Below, piece after piece: positions 36,758-48,823 of a stretch of DNA of 64,000 bases. The notes below the pieces were generated by a model that was given only the letters and a program-made list of their open reading frames with translations, did not search any database and was not told where the DNA came from. Position 1 is the stretch's first letter. Every line of letters starts with the position of its first letter. Source of the DNA: Phoronis australis (lineage: Eukaryota > Animalia > Phoronida); contig NMRA01000013.1 in assembly GCA_002633005.1 (NCBI GenBank), positions 1,070,536-1,134,535 of the forward strand. Direction: 5' to 3'. A program made the position numbers and the translations under genes.

Positions 36758-39700
36758 GGGATGCGTTCGCTGCGGTGAGTGGTGAAGGTGTGAAAAGACC
36801 TTAAACATTTCGCCTAGAAAAAGTGGAGGAAGACATTATGTCGCAATGAGATGTCACAACAACCAGAAGAAGCTGATGTGCGCGTGGAAGCAATCAATTT
36901 GCAGTGAACAGGGTGATAAACGTCAAGCTTGCCCGTGTTTGCCGCCGCTAAGGATGTTTTGTATTCCCAAGAACTCAGTAAGGATTTTGAGTTGGGGGGG
37001 GGGGGGNAATTTCGCCTCGTGCGTGCGCCCAGCCTAAAATGTAGTTATGAAGGGGGTCTCGAATTTATGGGTTTTTGGATCTTATTACAAAACAAAAAAC
37101 GGGGTTTGTTCAAGGCCTATGCATTGTGTATTCGCCCCCGAGCCCCCGTGGGTGCGCGCATATGCTAGTCAGCAATTCGCACCCCAAACCGTCAAATGGA
37201 ATCTGAGAGAATTTTAGGGGGCCATGGCCCCCTTCTTCCCCTAAATCCGCCACTGATACTATGTATTATTTAAAGAAAAATAAGTTTTGTTGACCGTTTT
37301 ATAATGTTTGCGTCTAGAAAAAGAAAATAAAAAGTGTCATCATCATAATGTCGGCTGACAGTGTAAGTTTGAATATTTAGACATCGCGCAGTAAAAAAAA
37401 AATAATTATACAGTACACGTTATCGCCATCAATTGCAGTTATTCAAGACTAGCAGAAAAATCCTATGAAGTTTGTTTTTCTCACGACTGTAAAATTCGTT
37501 CAGGAGTATGAGTTAGGAGTATAACGGGACTTTATATAACTAGTGAAGGTACTCATACTCAAGTGTATTGTTGAAAAATCAAACATGCAGGTAAGTTCGT
37601 TGCATTATATTGCCTAGTGTCTGCAACTCTGCTAGTCTCCGAATCACAACCTGAAGCAGACGAAATCTTCTTAATTTGGTTTTGTTTTGTAAACAGAGAC
37701 CTGCAATATTATAAAGCACTAACTTATAGCCAGTGACATTAGCAATGAAGTAGATTGCGAGTCTGCCATAACTTATGGTTTATATATGTTTCAAGTCTAC
37801 GCTGTCGCTGGTCTTGAACTGCACTGGTTTCAGCACCTTAATGTCGCATGGTCACGTGATCCCGTAATGGCGGTCTCCGCATTTTGGCGCGAGAGACCCG
37901 AGGCTGTGCCCCCCTTACGTCATCCCCGATCTGTCAATGTAGTATTGGCTTTCATTGTTAAAAATCCAAAAGCGTCTGATATCGATCTCCTTCCGGAGAT
38001 GAGTCAACTAGACTTAATATTTCCCAGGGTTTACAAATCAGGAGGTCGTGTGAAGCCCTTAATTGGGGCGGGATAGTGTAACCACGATATTTATTGGCTG
38101 TCAACTGGGTGTACTCTTCCAGTAAGCTAGCGTTGCGCATGCTCGTTGATAAAAAGCGACCGGTAAGTAGTAGCCATTTGATGAACAAAAGACCTGTCGC
38201 AGAACTGACAAACAGAATCCCGCATTTTAAAAATCGGAATTCCGAAGAACGCAGTGTGCACGAGTCCGAAGACAATCTCCTAGTGCTTTGACCAAGGATC
38301 CGATATTTACTTGTCTCCTAAACTTTTTAAAATAAAAAGCGAGCCTCCATTTATGTGGCTTGAACTAAAAAATCTGAAAAATATAGACGAGCAGGAGACA
38401 GTTTTATATGTAGGCACACGGTAATATTCACATACTGTATCTAACACACATGGAGACCAATTAAAGTATACTTTGTCAAAAAGTTCAACAAAAATTATTA
38501 GTTGCAGCAAGTCAATCAGTCGTCAAAAGAGAAATAAGTGAAGAATTCAAGCACATTGCTTCGGACGGTTATCGACCAAATCAATCACATGTTGTAAAAC
38601 TACTCGCACATCCTATGGGATTTTAAAGTCCTAGAAGCACACGTTTTTAACGCTTACTATATGGTTAGAAGACATTATAAGGAACCACGCAGTACTTATT
38701 TCATAACCAATACACAATTCGTAGTCGAAGAAAATATAAATAAACGCGTCACTCACGATTCCGACCCCGGCAAAGATCATCCCGCCATTATGAACTAACC
38801 GCGAAACCGGAAGTACAATTCATTCAGCAACCCAGGCTTAAGAATGCTGCCTGTGCGACTGAAGCAGTGTCTGTTACCAGCCTGCAAACGGGGATAAAAT
38901 AATCGACAGCGGACCTCTACTTTCACGAAACCAATATAGGGACAATTTGTACTGGAAATGTTGACAAAATAAATAAATTTTGACAAATTATTTTGCCGTC
39001 CTCGGACCAAGACGAAGGCATGTTTTATCGGAATAAATGGTTCAAATCATGAATGCCATATACATACAAAGATAGTTTCCGACACTTGTACGAAATTACG
39101 GACTAGTAACAGTCCTACGTCAACGAGTGAATAACAACCGAGGCCAACAATGGCGCCGGGCTAGGCTAAGCGTGTTTTAGTGGGTTTAATTAACTCTGGT
39201 AAACAAACAGTATAAGCAGAACAACGAACATGAAACATCAAATTGTTGAATAAAATTGCTATACAGTTAGAATATCCTGACAGTTAAACTTGCGAAAATA
39301 TGGAAAATAAATTTAGACGCGTCTTCGCTACAGGCCGGCTGACTGTCAAGAGAATGCCATTTGATGGCGAAATAATTTCAGGTAGAAAACTTGCGATGGT
39401 GCCAAATGGTATAATATAAGTATTAATGACTTTAAAGTAAAAGGAATAATTCCCACTTAGCCAGAAAACTCGTATACGCTGCTAGCCCGGGCGGAGCCGG
39501 ACCGCCTGACCTGCCGTGCGCGGACAGCTGTGCTCCGCATGGCAAAATGAAAACATTAATAAGCTACCTGGCACTGAATGAATGAAATTCCTGTGACAAA
39601 GAGATTGAAAATACTGCGTCATGCTCCTAACACTGCAATATTTTCCCATCTCCGACATTCAGCTCATTGAGTAAAATTCACTACACTCCCACCCGCCCCG

Positions 39701-40631
39701 GTTTGTGGCGCGGAATTTTATATTTAGACAACAGAGGTATATATTGTAAGTTTGTTTTTGTGAGGTTTGAAAATATATTTTCCCTGATAATTGAAAATCA
39801 AAGCCAATTTACCAAGTGATTATTTTCCCCGATGATGAGTCACGTCGACTGCAGGCCGGGGAATTACAGATGCGGAGCACACAGTTTTGAGATAAAATTT
39901 GTTTTTATTTGTCGAAACATCGCTGTATGTGGATGTTTTTCTGTTTTACAATTTTAACGGCCAGTAAAGCCGGTGCCGATTTGCTGCCAATCAAACGCAC
40001 TCACACGTCCGGGTAGTCACAGTGACACGGCAATTGTTCACTTCAGGCTGGTACTTTGCATCAATTTCACGATATGGCGATAAGGATAAGACATTTGTTG
40101 ATCAAGAAACTTGTTTCCTCTAATTTATTACCTAGACGGGTAATGTTGCTGAAATTTGACGTACGCTCGCAATGAGTCATGGCTAACTTCAGTAGCCGAG
40201 CGATGGCTACGGGAGACTGCGACGGTACTTCACAAACTTATGCATTAAATACCATTCTTCGTATGCAATGAACAGGTAAAATTTGGACCTTAAATAATTA
40301 AGTTGGTAAAAAAAGAACCAAAATGGGAATCAAAAACAACCAAACAAGTAACAACGCATTTACGCTCGCGGTGATGTCAATACGTCTTCAAGGACAACAT
40401 GCCTGACATTCAGGAATCGTTCCTGAACAGACACACAGGAACTCAGGTCACGGAAATAGACGGCAATAGTCGATGATTTTCCGCTCTCGGCCGAGGTGCA
40501 AAATTGTGCTAAAAAGGCTTTTAGTTTGATAACGGAAAGGATGTGAACATTATGCCATGTTGAATATTATTTAATTTGGTATGTATTTTGAGGGATTTTG
40601 AACTAGTCGGAGATTGCCCTTTGAATTAAGG

Positions 40632-40877
40632 GGCCCGTTCCAAGAAAATGACTTAAGTTCATTTTTTACTGAAGTCTAAGATTTGTATTAACTTCCAAAC
40701 TTTGAAACTTCCACGTCCTGTAAGTTCGCCAAACTTAAGACAAAACTTTCGCCAAACACTTAAGTCAAGCTTAAGAACTCTTTCGTGAAATGATTTTGAG
40801 ACAAATTTAACTTTTATCTTAAAATTTAGTAAAATTTAAGAATTGTCTTAGCTAAGTCAGTTTTGTTGGAACGGGCC
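40632..40877. mobile_element. PIF/Harbinger-type MITE
   Basis: TIR ggcccgttccaagaaaatgactta / taagtcagttttgttggaacgggcc, TAA next to the ends. Confidence 0.65.
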
Positions 40878-42039
40878 TAAGGACTTTAACATAATTGATT
40901 ATGATTTGCAATATGAAACTTTTCGTTGGGGAGTCTCACTCTCAGTAGGTACATACCAAAGTATACAGTAGGCTATTTGCCTCAAGATGTCGCCTGATCG
41001 TGGGTTTGATATATTTCGGTGACGCAGGAGTGTGCGTGGGTCAGAACAGAATGTGCTCTGAAAGTTGTTCAGAAAAATGTTACTGTTACTAGTCTCGAAA
41101 TGATCAGGAGCTGCGCTACAAGCATGTTTTAAGACCACTTGCAGCGTCATGTTGCAATGGGAGGATTCAGTTATGTGAAATACTGATGATATCGCCTTGA
41201 TAAACACACACTCAAATAATTATCGCTGCCTGTGTTACCATACAAGGTTGACTTTAATTTTAAATTTCAGATGGTGCGCCAACAAAATGGTTTCCAAACT
41301 AAATGCCAACGAAGTCTAAGTTGATATGAATATGTCGCTAGCACGCAGTGTACCTATAAGTCAGCATACAAGTATCGTTCGTGTTTCTTTAATAAACTTT
41401 TAAGAAGACTAAAAGAGCCTTGAACCCGCGTTGCTGTCAAAGAAAATATCAGTGAGTTTGGACCGTTTACCGATCGCAAAGTCTTGCTTTTTATGGAGGT
41501 CCTAGCGTTACTGAACTCTACTCAAGTTTATAGCCGCTATGAAGTATGTCTTCTTAACTGTGAGAGGGAACTTTAATCGTTAAGAACCGATTTCCGACCA
41601 CGTTTACATGACACAACCAAATTTGCCAATGTTAGAGGCTTTTAAACGTCTTTCGCAGACAGCTTACCGCAGCTGTTGTAATTTGTATTCAGGTGTTTGA
41701 AGTGTACATATATACATTCAAATGTACACGCACGCACACGAACACGCACACACACATGAGTAACCGCATCAGCACTAATCAAGGCATTTAACCAAATATC
41801 TCAGAAATTAGAGCTTAACCCGTACAGGGTGTGTTTCAAACGTGCCCACGCTTCAAATGACAATAACTGCGTTGTATTATTTCATATTTACAGATGATCA
41901 AAAAGAAATTAGTGTTTAAACAGAAATAAACGCATTGTTTACATAATTGTGAAAAAAGATTGATTGTCACTTTCTAACACTGCGCGGAGGTGATGATGTA
42001 TTATCATCATATTTGAAGATTCTTGATTTTTCACATCTA

Positions 42040-42910
42040 TCTCTAGCCAAATTCTTTGGCACGACGTTTCGGTCGGTCATTTCTCCGGCCATCCTCAGGT
42101 GTTACAAAGTTCTTAAACGAGCGAGCACGTGTATCTAGCATACTCATGGTGGGCTCTCGGGTTATATTCTCTATGTACACACTGGAGTTTGAACCCGGTT
42201 GTCAGCCCAACATTGTCACCACTAGACCTTAAGTCATCCATTAATTTGAGGGAACTTTGCTCTACTTATACATCCCTTATTACTTAAGGTGGGGTAGCTA
42301 GGTGCCGCTTGGCTTCTTGCTATGTTGACTGAAGACATTGCCATGTAGCTATATGTGCCTTGATTCCTTGATCCTTCAATAGTCCAGACTGTTTCACAGT
42401 CCAGTGGAGTATCCGAATGTTCTTCCACTAACAGGTCGTGTTCGGCAATACTGCTTTCTAGTGGTCTTCGCGTTTCACTTATGTAGGATTCGCAGCCACA
42501 CGATGACATTCATTTTTCCCCAAATGTCTGTCTTTGGCCTTAATTTTAGTGGCCAGTCTTCAACACAAGGTGTCTGATCTACGGTATATCGCTTTTATTT
42601 CAGATTCCTTGCAAATGCATCCTAGTTTAGAAAGGTTCAAAGTAAGTATTTAAGCAACAGAATTTGCTGTGTAGGGCCTCGTTCTACCTTCTCCTGTCAT
42701 TGCGGATTCGATGAAATCACCTTTGTAACCATTCATTTTGAATGTTTGTAGCAGGTTGTCCACATCAATAAGAGTGCTGGACTGGCAACCGGAAGGTCCC
42801 GGGTTCAAACCCTGTCTTGTATCAGGAGAAATATAGTGCAAATGTCCACCGTGCTCGTTCTCCTAAGAATGTTGTAGCACCCGAAAATGGTGAGAGAAAT
42901 GACCGAGAAA
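42040..42910 (-). mobile_element. Decayed, 5'-truncated Penelope-like retroelement (RT C-terminus, GIY-YIG endonuclease, pLTR)
   Basis: Minus-strand remnants LLQTFKMNGY, SKLGCICKESEIKAIYRRSDTL, K-KD, CGCESYISETRRPLESSIAEH (cf. YIGETxRxLxxRIxEH) and RIKESRHI, with stops and frameshifts; hammerhead at the 3' end. Confidence 0.85.
42054..42109 (-). ncRNA. Type I minimal hammerhead ribozyme
   Basis: CUUUG-UAA-CAC-CUGAGGA-U-GGCCGG-AGAAAUGA-CCGACC-GAAA-C-GUC/GUG-C-CAAAG: full catalytic core, bulged stem I, stem II 5/6 paired, palindromic ACGU stem III. Confidence 0.8.
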
Positions 42911-43242
42911 AAATCCTCCTGCCAATGTAAATAGGCTAGAGGTTGGTAAAAACAGACCAACAGATTTTAGACATGAAATAAGATTGTCTTTACACTTCCT
43001 TCACGTTTTGAATTTCCATAGCATTTCCGTCGTCATCGTCTTAGCACATTTTCCCCGGTTTGTTTGAAGTCACAAAAACTCCAAACGAAACACGGGTGTT
43101 ATGGGACCCTTCTAAACGAAGCTATAGCGTGCTATACGGCCCCATGGCTGCCAAGCAGGGCTCTTTGTGACAGGTTGGTCCTTGAATACGCAGAAAATGT
43201 TCTGCTGCCTTTGGTAAGGGCTTCTTTCTGACGTTTACTTAC

Positions 43243-43289
43243 CGGCACTGGGGGGTCAAAACGGATACTTCAATTAAAAGCTTCACGAC
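43243..43289 (-). other. Possible 47-bp cassette or UTR exon
   Basis: tcttccatttag acceptor and gtaagt donor. Confidence 0.3.
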
Positions 43290-43446
43290 CTAAATGGAAG
43301 ATTTGTCAGGGGTCCCCGATATTAGTCACAACAGGTGAGAGTCCAGGATGTGCGCACTCAATCTCATCAACAAGAAAATTACAGGTTAGGACTGCCGACG
43401 TGCATCGTGCCACTAACTCTACTGAAGAAACACACGACGTACTCAC

Positions 43447-43479
43447 CATAACGAATGCCGGAAACGTATGGTTTCACAC
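43447..43479 (-). CDS. Candidate start-codon exon B (33 bp, ends ATG|gtgagt)
   Basis: Strong pyrimidine acceptor (ttctgtttactctattttag), consensus donor, in-frame TGA upstream of the ATG. Confidence 0.4.
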
Positions 43480-44479
43480 CTAAAATAGAGTAAACAGAAC
43501 AAATTTAGCCCATTTCTACCGCAGGGCAAACGTAACGAGACTGTTATATATTCTTGTTCCAACGATTCAATTTCTAATGACAGCAACAAAACCAATCCTG
43601 TCATAGAACAACCAGCCATAATTTTGACTCAAAATTATATGTCTTGTCAAGCGCTGTCAGATTTCCGTAAATTCTTCGTCTTCAGTTTCTGCTAATTGGA
43701 AAATAATTGCCCGATTGTTGAATTAGACTTCCCTAGCGAGCATACTCACTCACGTGATAAGTATGTTAAGTTGATAGTTCCTATGCATTTCTGTGCGAAA
43801 TAATACATTTGGTTGACTTGTTATGAACTAATTAATGGTTGAATTTACGTGTGAGCAAGAATTGGAAATTTTTCCGTAACAAACGGAGTCTAACTTTGCC
43901 ACGCAAATATAAAGCAGTAGTAATTTTTCAAATCTTTTGAAATATTAAAAATACAGTAACAATGATATAATAGCAAATAGAACACTGGTAGATGAAAAAA
44001 CCGGGATAACACGAAAAGGTCTAATGACTTATTTATTTATATTACACGTTTTCGGCAGGCTCAGCGGTGCTTCGTACGAGCAACTCGTAATCTCCATTTT
44101 TCGAGTTTTTGAACAAAAATTTCACGTGTTTACTTGTTGTTCATGGAAAGTACCTGAAATTTGAAATAAACGCCACTTCACATAGTTGATTTCTTCTCGT
44201 GTAATCAGCAGAGTTATTACTTTCCAAGTCAAATAACAGATCATTCCAGGAGACCACTGGCCTTTATCTGAGATACCTCCTGGGCTTGTTTCCAAGTCAT
44301 GATTGCAAATGATATGGTTTCAATCAGTCTATTCCTTAGACAATTTGCATTATCAGAATCTTTGCGGGAAGATTGTAGTCCTGAACAGATGTACACTATA
44401 CTGAGATCTAATGGAGCTCTAGTCTTAAATGAGGTGACAAAATATGTTCTTGGCGATGAAACCTGGTCTTGAAGATCAC

Positions 44480-44602
44480 GTTTGTTGGTAGAAGCTTAGA
44501 TGCATAATCGTTTTGTTATCTCTGTGGCAGATGCTTCAGTAGTTTGTTGGCAGAAGCTTAGATGAATAATCGTTTTTTATCTCTGTGGCAGATGCGTCAG
44601 TA
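44480..44602. repeat. Two-copy tandem repeat of about 62 bp
   Basis: gtttgttgg-agaagcttagatg-ataatcgtttt...tctctgtggcagatgc-tcagta twice. Confidence 0.85.
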
Positions 44603-44819
44603 TTCACTAGTGAGATAACAATTTGACGGGAAACCGAGGCCGGATTCGAACCCGGGCCTCAAAGTTTCGAGTCGCTTACTTTACCGCCACACCACTGACG
44701 TCATCGAACGTGAAATAGGAATACTTAAATGAGCACGCGCAACAATCGCATGTTCTGCAAAGGGCATTGCACCGACATTTATACGCTGTGAAAAATAAGA
44801 CGCATAATTTCCATAAAAG

Positions 44820-47800
44820 CAGGAAGAGATAACCAGGAAGGGACAACTGTTTTAGCGCATTTTAACGTGTTTTCAAAAGTGATTTCAAAAGCAAATGTTA
44901 AAGGTGTCAGGAATCCAAGCATTGTGTTTGAAAGCTTGACTCTTTAGCTATAAAATGACACCACTTTGGTCCCCAAAGACTGCATATTATTGGCACTGGG
45001 ATGCTTTGAACATGACTTGTTTTACCCTTCCAAAAGATGCCTCTTCCCAGGCATGTACTCGGGCATGATCCTCTTTTTTGAACCAACAGATGTCACTAAT
45101 ATATGCAAATGAGGCTCGCATGTTCTACGTCATATGACGTCATACGACGCGAACTTCCAATATTTGAACCCTCAGGTGCCTATAGTGAATAACTTGAAAC
45201 GAAGTTCTACCTGATTGGGCAGATCCTAGGGCAGATCTAAGAAAATTAAGAACTCACACAAGTCAATGTTCAAAGAACATTGAATGGTTTCACAAGAAAA
45301 TACATTTAATTGTATTTGGATACGTTTGCATGTGTGAAAGCGTGGACTTTGTCATTTTGCTTAAATCCAGATTTAGAAGCAGGTGTTAGTCAAGCTAATT
45401 AGCTGCTCCCGCCACAGTGGCCGGTGTCGTGGCGTACGAGTCGCCGGGAAGTCTGATCCATGCATGCGCAATTCGACGTACTAATGCTAGTCGCTGGTCA
45501 GCTCCGCTATGATTCATTTGAGACGTGCGGCTTAACTCGAACCTAGGCTGGCTCCAAGGTCGCTTTGTTTGACCCAGTTTCGGGAAAAGTTCATTTTAAT
45601 ACGGTCATTTCCTGGTGATTTTAAGTTTTGAAAGATTTAAATTACGAAAAGCTGTAATTAAGTGAAAAATATGTTTGGGATAATCAACATACCTTCTTTT
45701 TGCTAACAGTGACATGAAAAAAGGTTGCCTTCGCCTTTAATTTGCAGTATGCACGGGAATGTCAAGCAAACGATTCGGTTTAGAAGAACCTAAATTCATT
45801 GCACAATACTACTACAAGCATCAAGGAAATGCAAAGACAATCTTTCCAAATTCATGAGCAATGACTTGAACTTCTTTTTCGATCTACGATGTGTAAATTT
45901 TTGAATTTCTTTAGTCTAGTTATTTATTCAATACATTCATGAATATCCCTGTTATCGTTTAGTGTCCTTCTTTGAGATATGGTGGTCTGATGATGGATCG
46001 AATTTTTGCAAGTCAGCCTTCAGCCTTCAAAGTTCAGTGACGCATCGCCATTTCTTACAAGACAGCTTCTGTGCTGTGCACGAATGTTTTGTGTTTTTGG
46101 TGAATTTGGAATCTCAACTTCCCCTCGTGAGTAGTTGGCAGTGTCATGTCGGAGGTGTATAGAGGGCGCAGCACTGAAAAAAGTGGGGGCTAAAGCCCCC
46201 TCAGCCCCCCTGTAGTGCACCGCTTATGTACCACTGAAAAACTTTTGCTTTACAAATTTTCTCGAATTTTCGAAATACATGAATGAATGATTAATTGCAC
46301 ATTTTCAAGAGCGCTTAGACGACCTATGCTGCAAGAACGGAGACCCTAACAACAATTGTCCTGGCCAGGGCCCTCAAATGGTAAACCATACATTGATACC
46401 GAGTTGTTAAAGTTCTCTTGAGTTTTCTCTCTGATCAGTATTCGAAGTCTTTGTTTTTTGTCTTTCACCAGCCCCACACCTTTGTCGGTGGTCATGGTTT
46501 AACCCTGAGGCATGCAATTTTTTGGGGGTGGCACTCGCCCTTTGGTCCAAGGTCAATGTTGTGTTTCAACACGTACTCGTTGTAGAGCTTGAGCATTAAA
46601 TTAAAGGTTTAAGAAATACAGGAGCAGTTTTGCGCATTTAATTGTGCGTATAAAAGGGTTTATGGATTCGTACTGAATTTGTTGCTGCAACTGGTCTCAT
46701 GGGTCTGTACCCGGCAAGTGACTACAAATGTGGACACTAGTTCGGCTTATTGCGCAAGTCGACTGAAGCAAGGTGGCCAGTGAAATTGTAAGGCAGCACC
46801 AGGCCAGTGGGCATGTGTGACAACTCGGATTTCTAGTCTCTTATTATGAAAACCATTGAAGGTAATTATCAGCACCTGCAAACAAGAATTTTGAAGTATG
46901 GAGAATTTCAACAGGAGTTAGGTGTAGACTTAGTCGCGAAGCTGCCGACATTCCAGCCACGGTTACTGCCTGTCCTTCGAAGCAATTATAGCACATAATT
47001 ATATACGATTTTTTAAGAATGGCAAGGGTGCGTTTTGTGTTGACGGAAATGTCCAAAGCGTCGAGAAATCTGATGCATTTAATGATGAACAACTGTTGTA
47101 GCTTAATTTGGAAAAACACCTAGCAAAACTAACTTCCAGGTATGCATACTGTGGCGGAATTAAGAAGAAATATGATTATGGCAGTGCTAATTGTAGCAGA
47201 CCCACAAAGTGTGCTAAAAGGGTAGAAAATTAGGCATAAAATTTCTGTAGCAGTTATAAGGTTGATTGGCGCAGGAGAAGGCCGATGTCTTCAATGCTCA
47301 GAAAAAATTCGGCAGGCAAGAGACTTGCCAAGAAAATGGCACAGTTGAGTCCGGGCATTCTAAAGGAAAGAACTGCAGTCAATTCCAGTTATTCGGTGGA
47401 ACTTCTCTCACCCGACGGCGTTGTTTCACGATACCGCAACCTCAAACAACGTCAAAGAAACGAAACGCGGACGGTGAGATATTATAGAGTATTAATATTT
47501 ACTCTTGGATACAGGTGCACACCTCAAAATTAATTTCCCACGGTCATTCTTTATGCCGATAGCAATGTTTTCGTCAACTGAAGAAGAACAGGAATCATAG
47601 ACATCCCGCGCGCTCCGTCTATGGTTCTGACACTTCAAAATTTTGTCAACACGATAGGTAGCCGCCTAAAGTTCGATGTTGACCTCATTCTAATTTTTTC
47701 TGCAATCCACAGTCAGGGGACAAAAACAATTCAAAGTCCGCTCCTCGAAATAGGGCTTGCTTAGCTGGAATTCAGAACTGCGGTCATGAGAGTGTTTTCA

Positions 47801-48236
47801 CCTCCTGATTGCGAAGCGATCGAGTGGTATCTTCATCAGCGCGTGCTCTCAGCGGGAGGTCACCGCTTTATCCACTCAAGCACTCGACAACAACTGACGA
47901 GAGTCTTAGAACTCCCACATGCAAATTTGATATGCAAATGAGGGAGTACTTGACTACTGCGCCATCTATACATCGACGGAAAAGCTTAAATACCCGTGAC
48001 TGCGTGTGGGAAATTGCGATTCCGTGCGCTGAAGTCGATATTTTCAAAGTACAATAACACCACTGTTTAAGGTTGCAAAGTGCGTTTTTTGATATCCTTC
48101 TATAGAAAAAGCTTTAATCTCTCTGATAAAATCATCTGTTTCCTTTTAAACGAAACTTAAGTCCTGAAATTAGTCCGGGGAAGGAGGCCAAAAACGGCGG
48201 TTTAGCTAGTTGTCCCTTCCTGGTTATCTCTTCCTG
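44820..48236. mobile_element. 3.4-kb TIR element with 7-bp TSD (P-superfamily-like structure), no intact ORF
   Basis: Perfect 29-bp TIR caggaagagataaccaggaagggacaact; ataaaag at 44813-44819 and 48237-48243. Confidence 0.85.
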
Positions 48237-48660
48237 ATAAAAGTGATATTTTAATTCAGTGAAATTTTTCTCTCGTGTTCTCTCACTTGTAAATCACCGA
48301 TCTCCAATTTGAATGCGGGTATCGTGTCGTAGGGATCCTTTGACTTGAGCATTATAGTCAGTTACTAGTGGTAACCTACTTTAGCGATACTTTCCCGGTC
48401 GAGGCTTAGCGTGATAAAATGTGTAGTAAGCTATAATAGTTGCTAAACCTTAATTTATAGATTCACTTTATTTCTATTTTGTTTAAATTTTCAATTGGTT
48501 TTGAGTATAAGCATTATTTGACAAAAATAGCTCGGCTTTTCTTAAACGGTCACGACCTCCGACCCCGGGCCTCTGACATAGAAAGTAGTTACAAAGCCGA
48601 GGTGAGTCGAGAAAGGTAGATCGATTCATTGCAATGTTTCTCGTTCAGTATGTGGTGTAA

Positions 48661-48823
48661 ATAGATTATTACATGTTCTCAGTCGTTCCCCCCTTATCTA
48701 GAGCCCTCGTGGATTTTGTAGAATTATCACCCTGGTGGCTGACGCCCCTCGGGCGATAATTCTCCAAAATCCACCCGGGCTCTAGATAACGGGGGATAAC
48801 GACTTCGCCATGTAATAATCTAT
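48661..48823. mobile_element. Palindromic 163-bp MITE
   Basis: atagattattacatg...ttatctagagccc...ggatttt / aaaatcc...gggctctagataa...catgtaataatctat. Confidence 0.75.

Noticed and set aside
36994-37007. G-run as a G-quadruplex or regulatory site
   Set aside because: The run ends at an N, so it marks an assembly junction and its length is unreliable
44040-44090. Second hammerhead-like motif on the minus strand (…GUACGAAGCA…UGCCGAAAACGUG)
   Set aside because: CUGANGA box and cleavage triplet are broken; at most a relic
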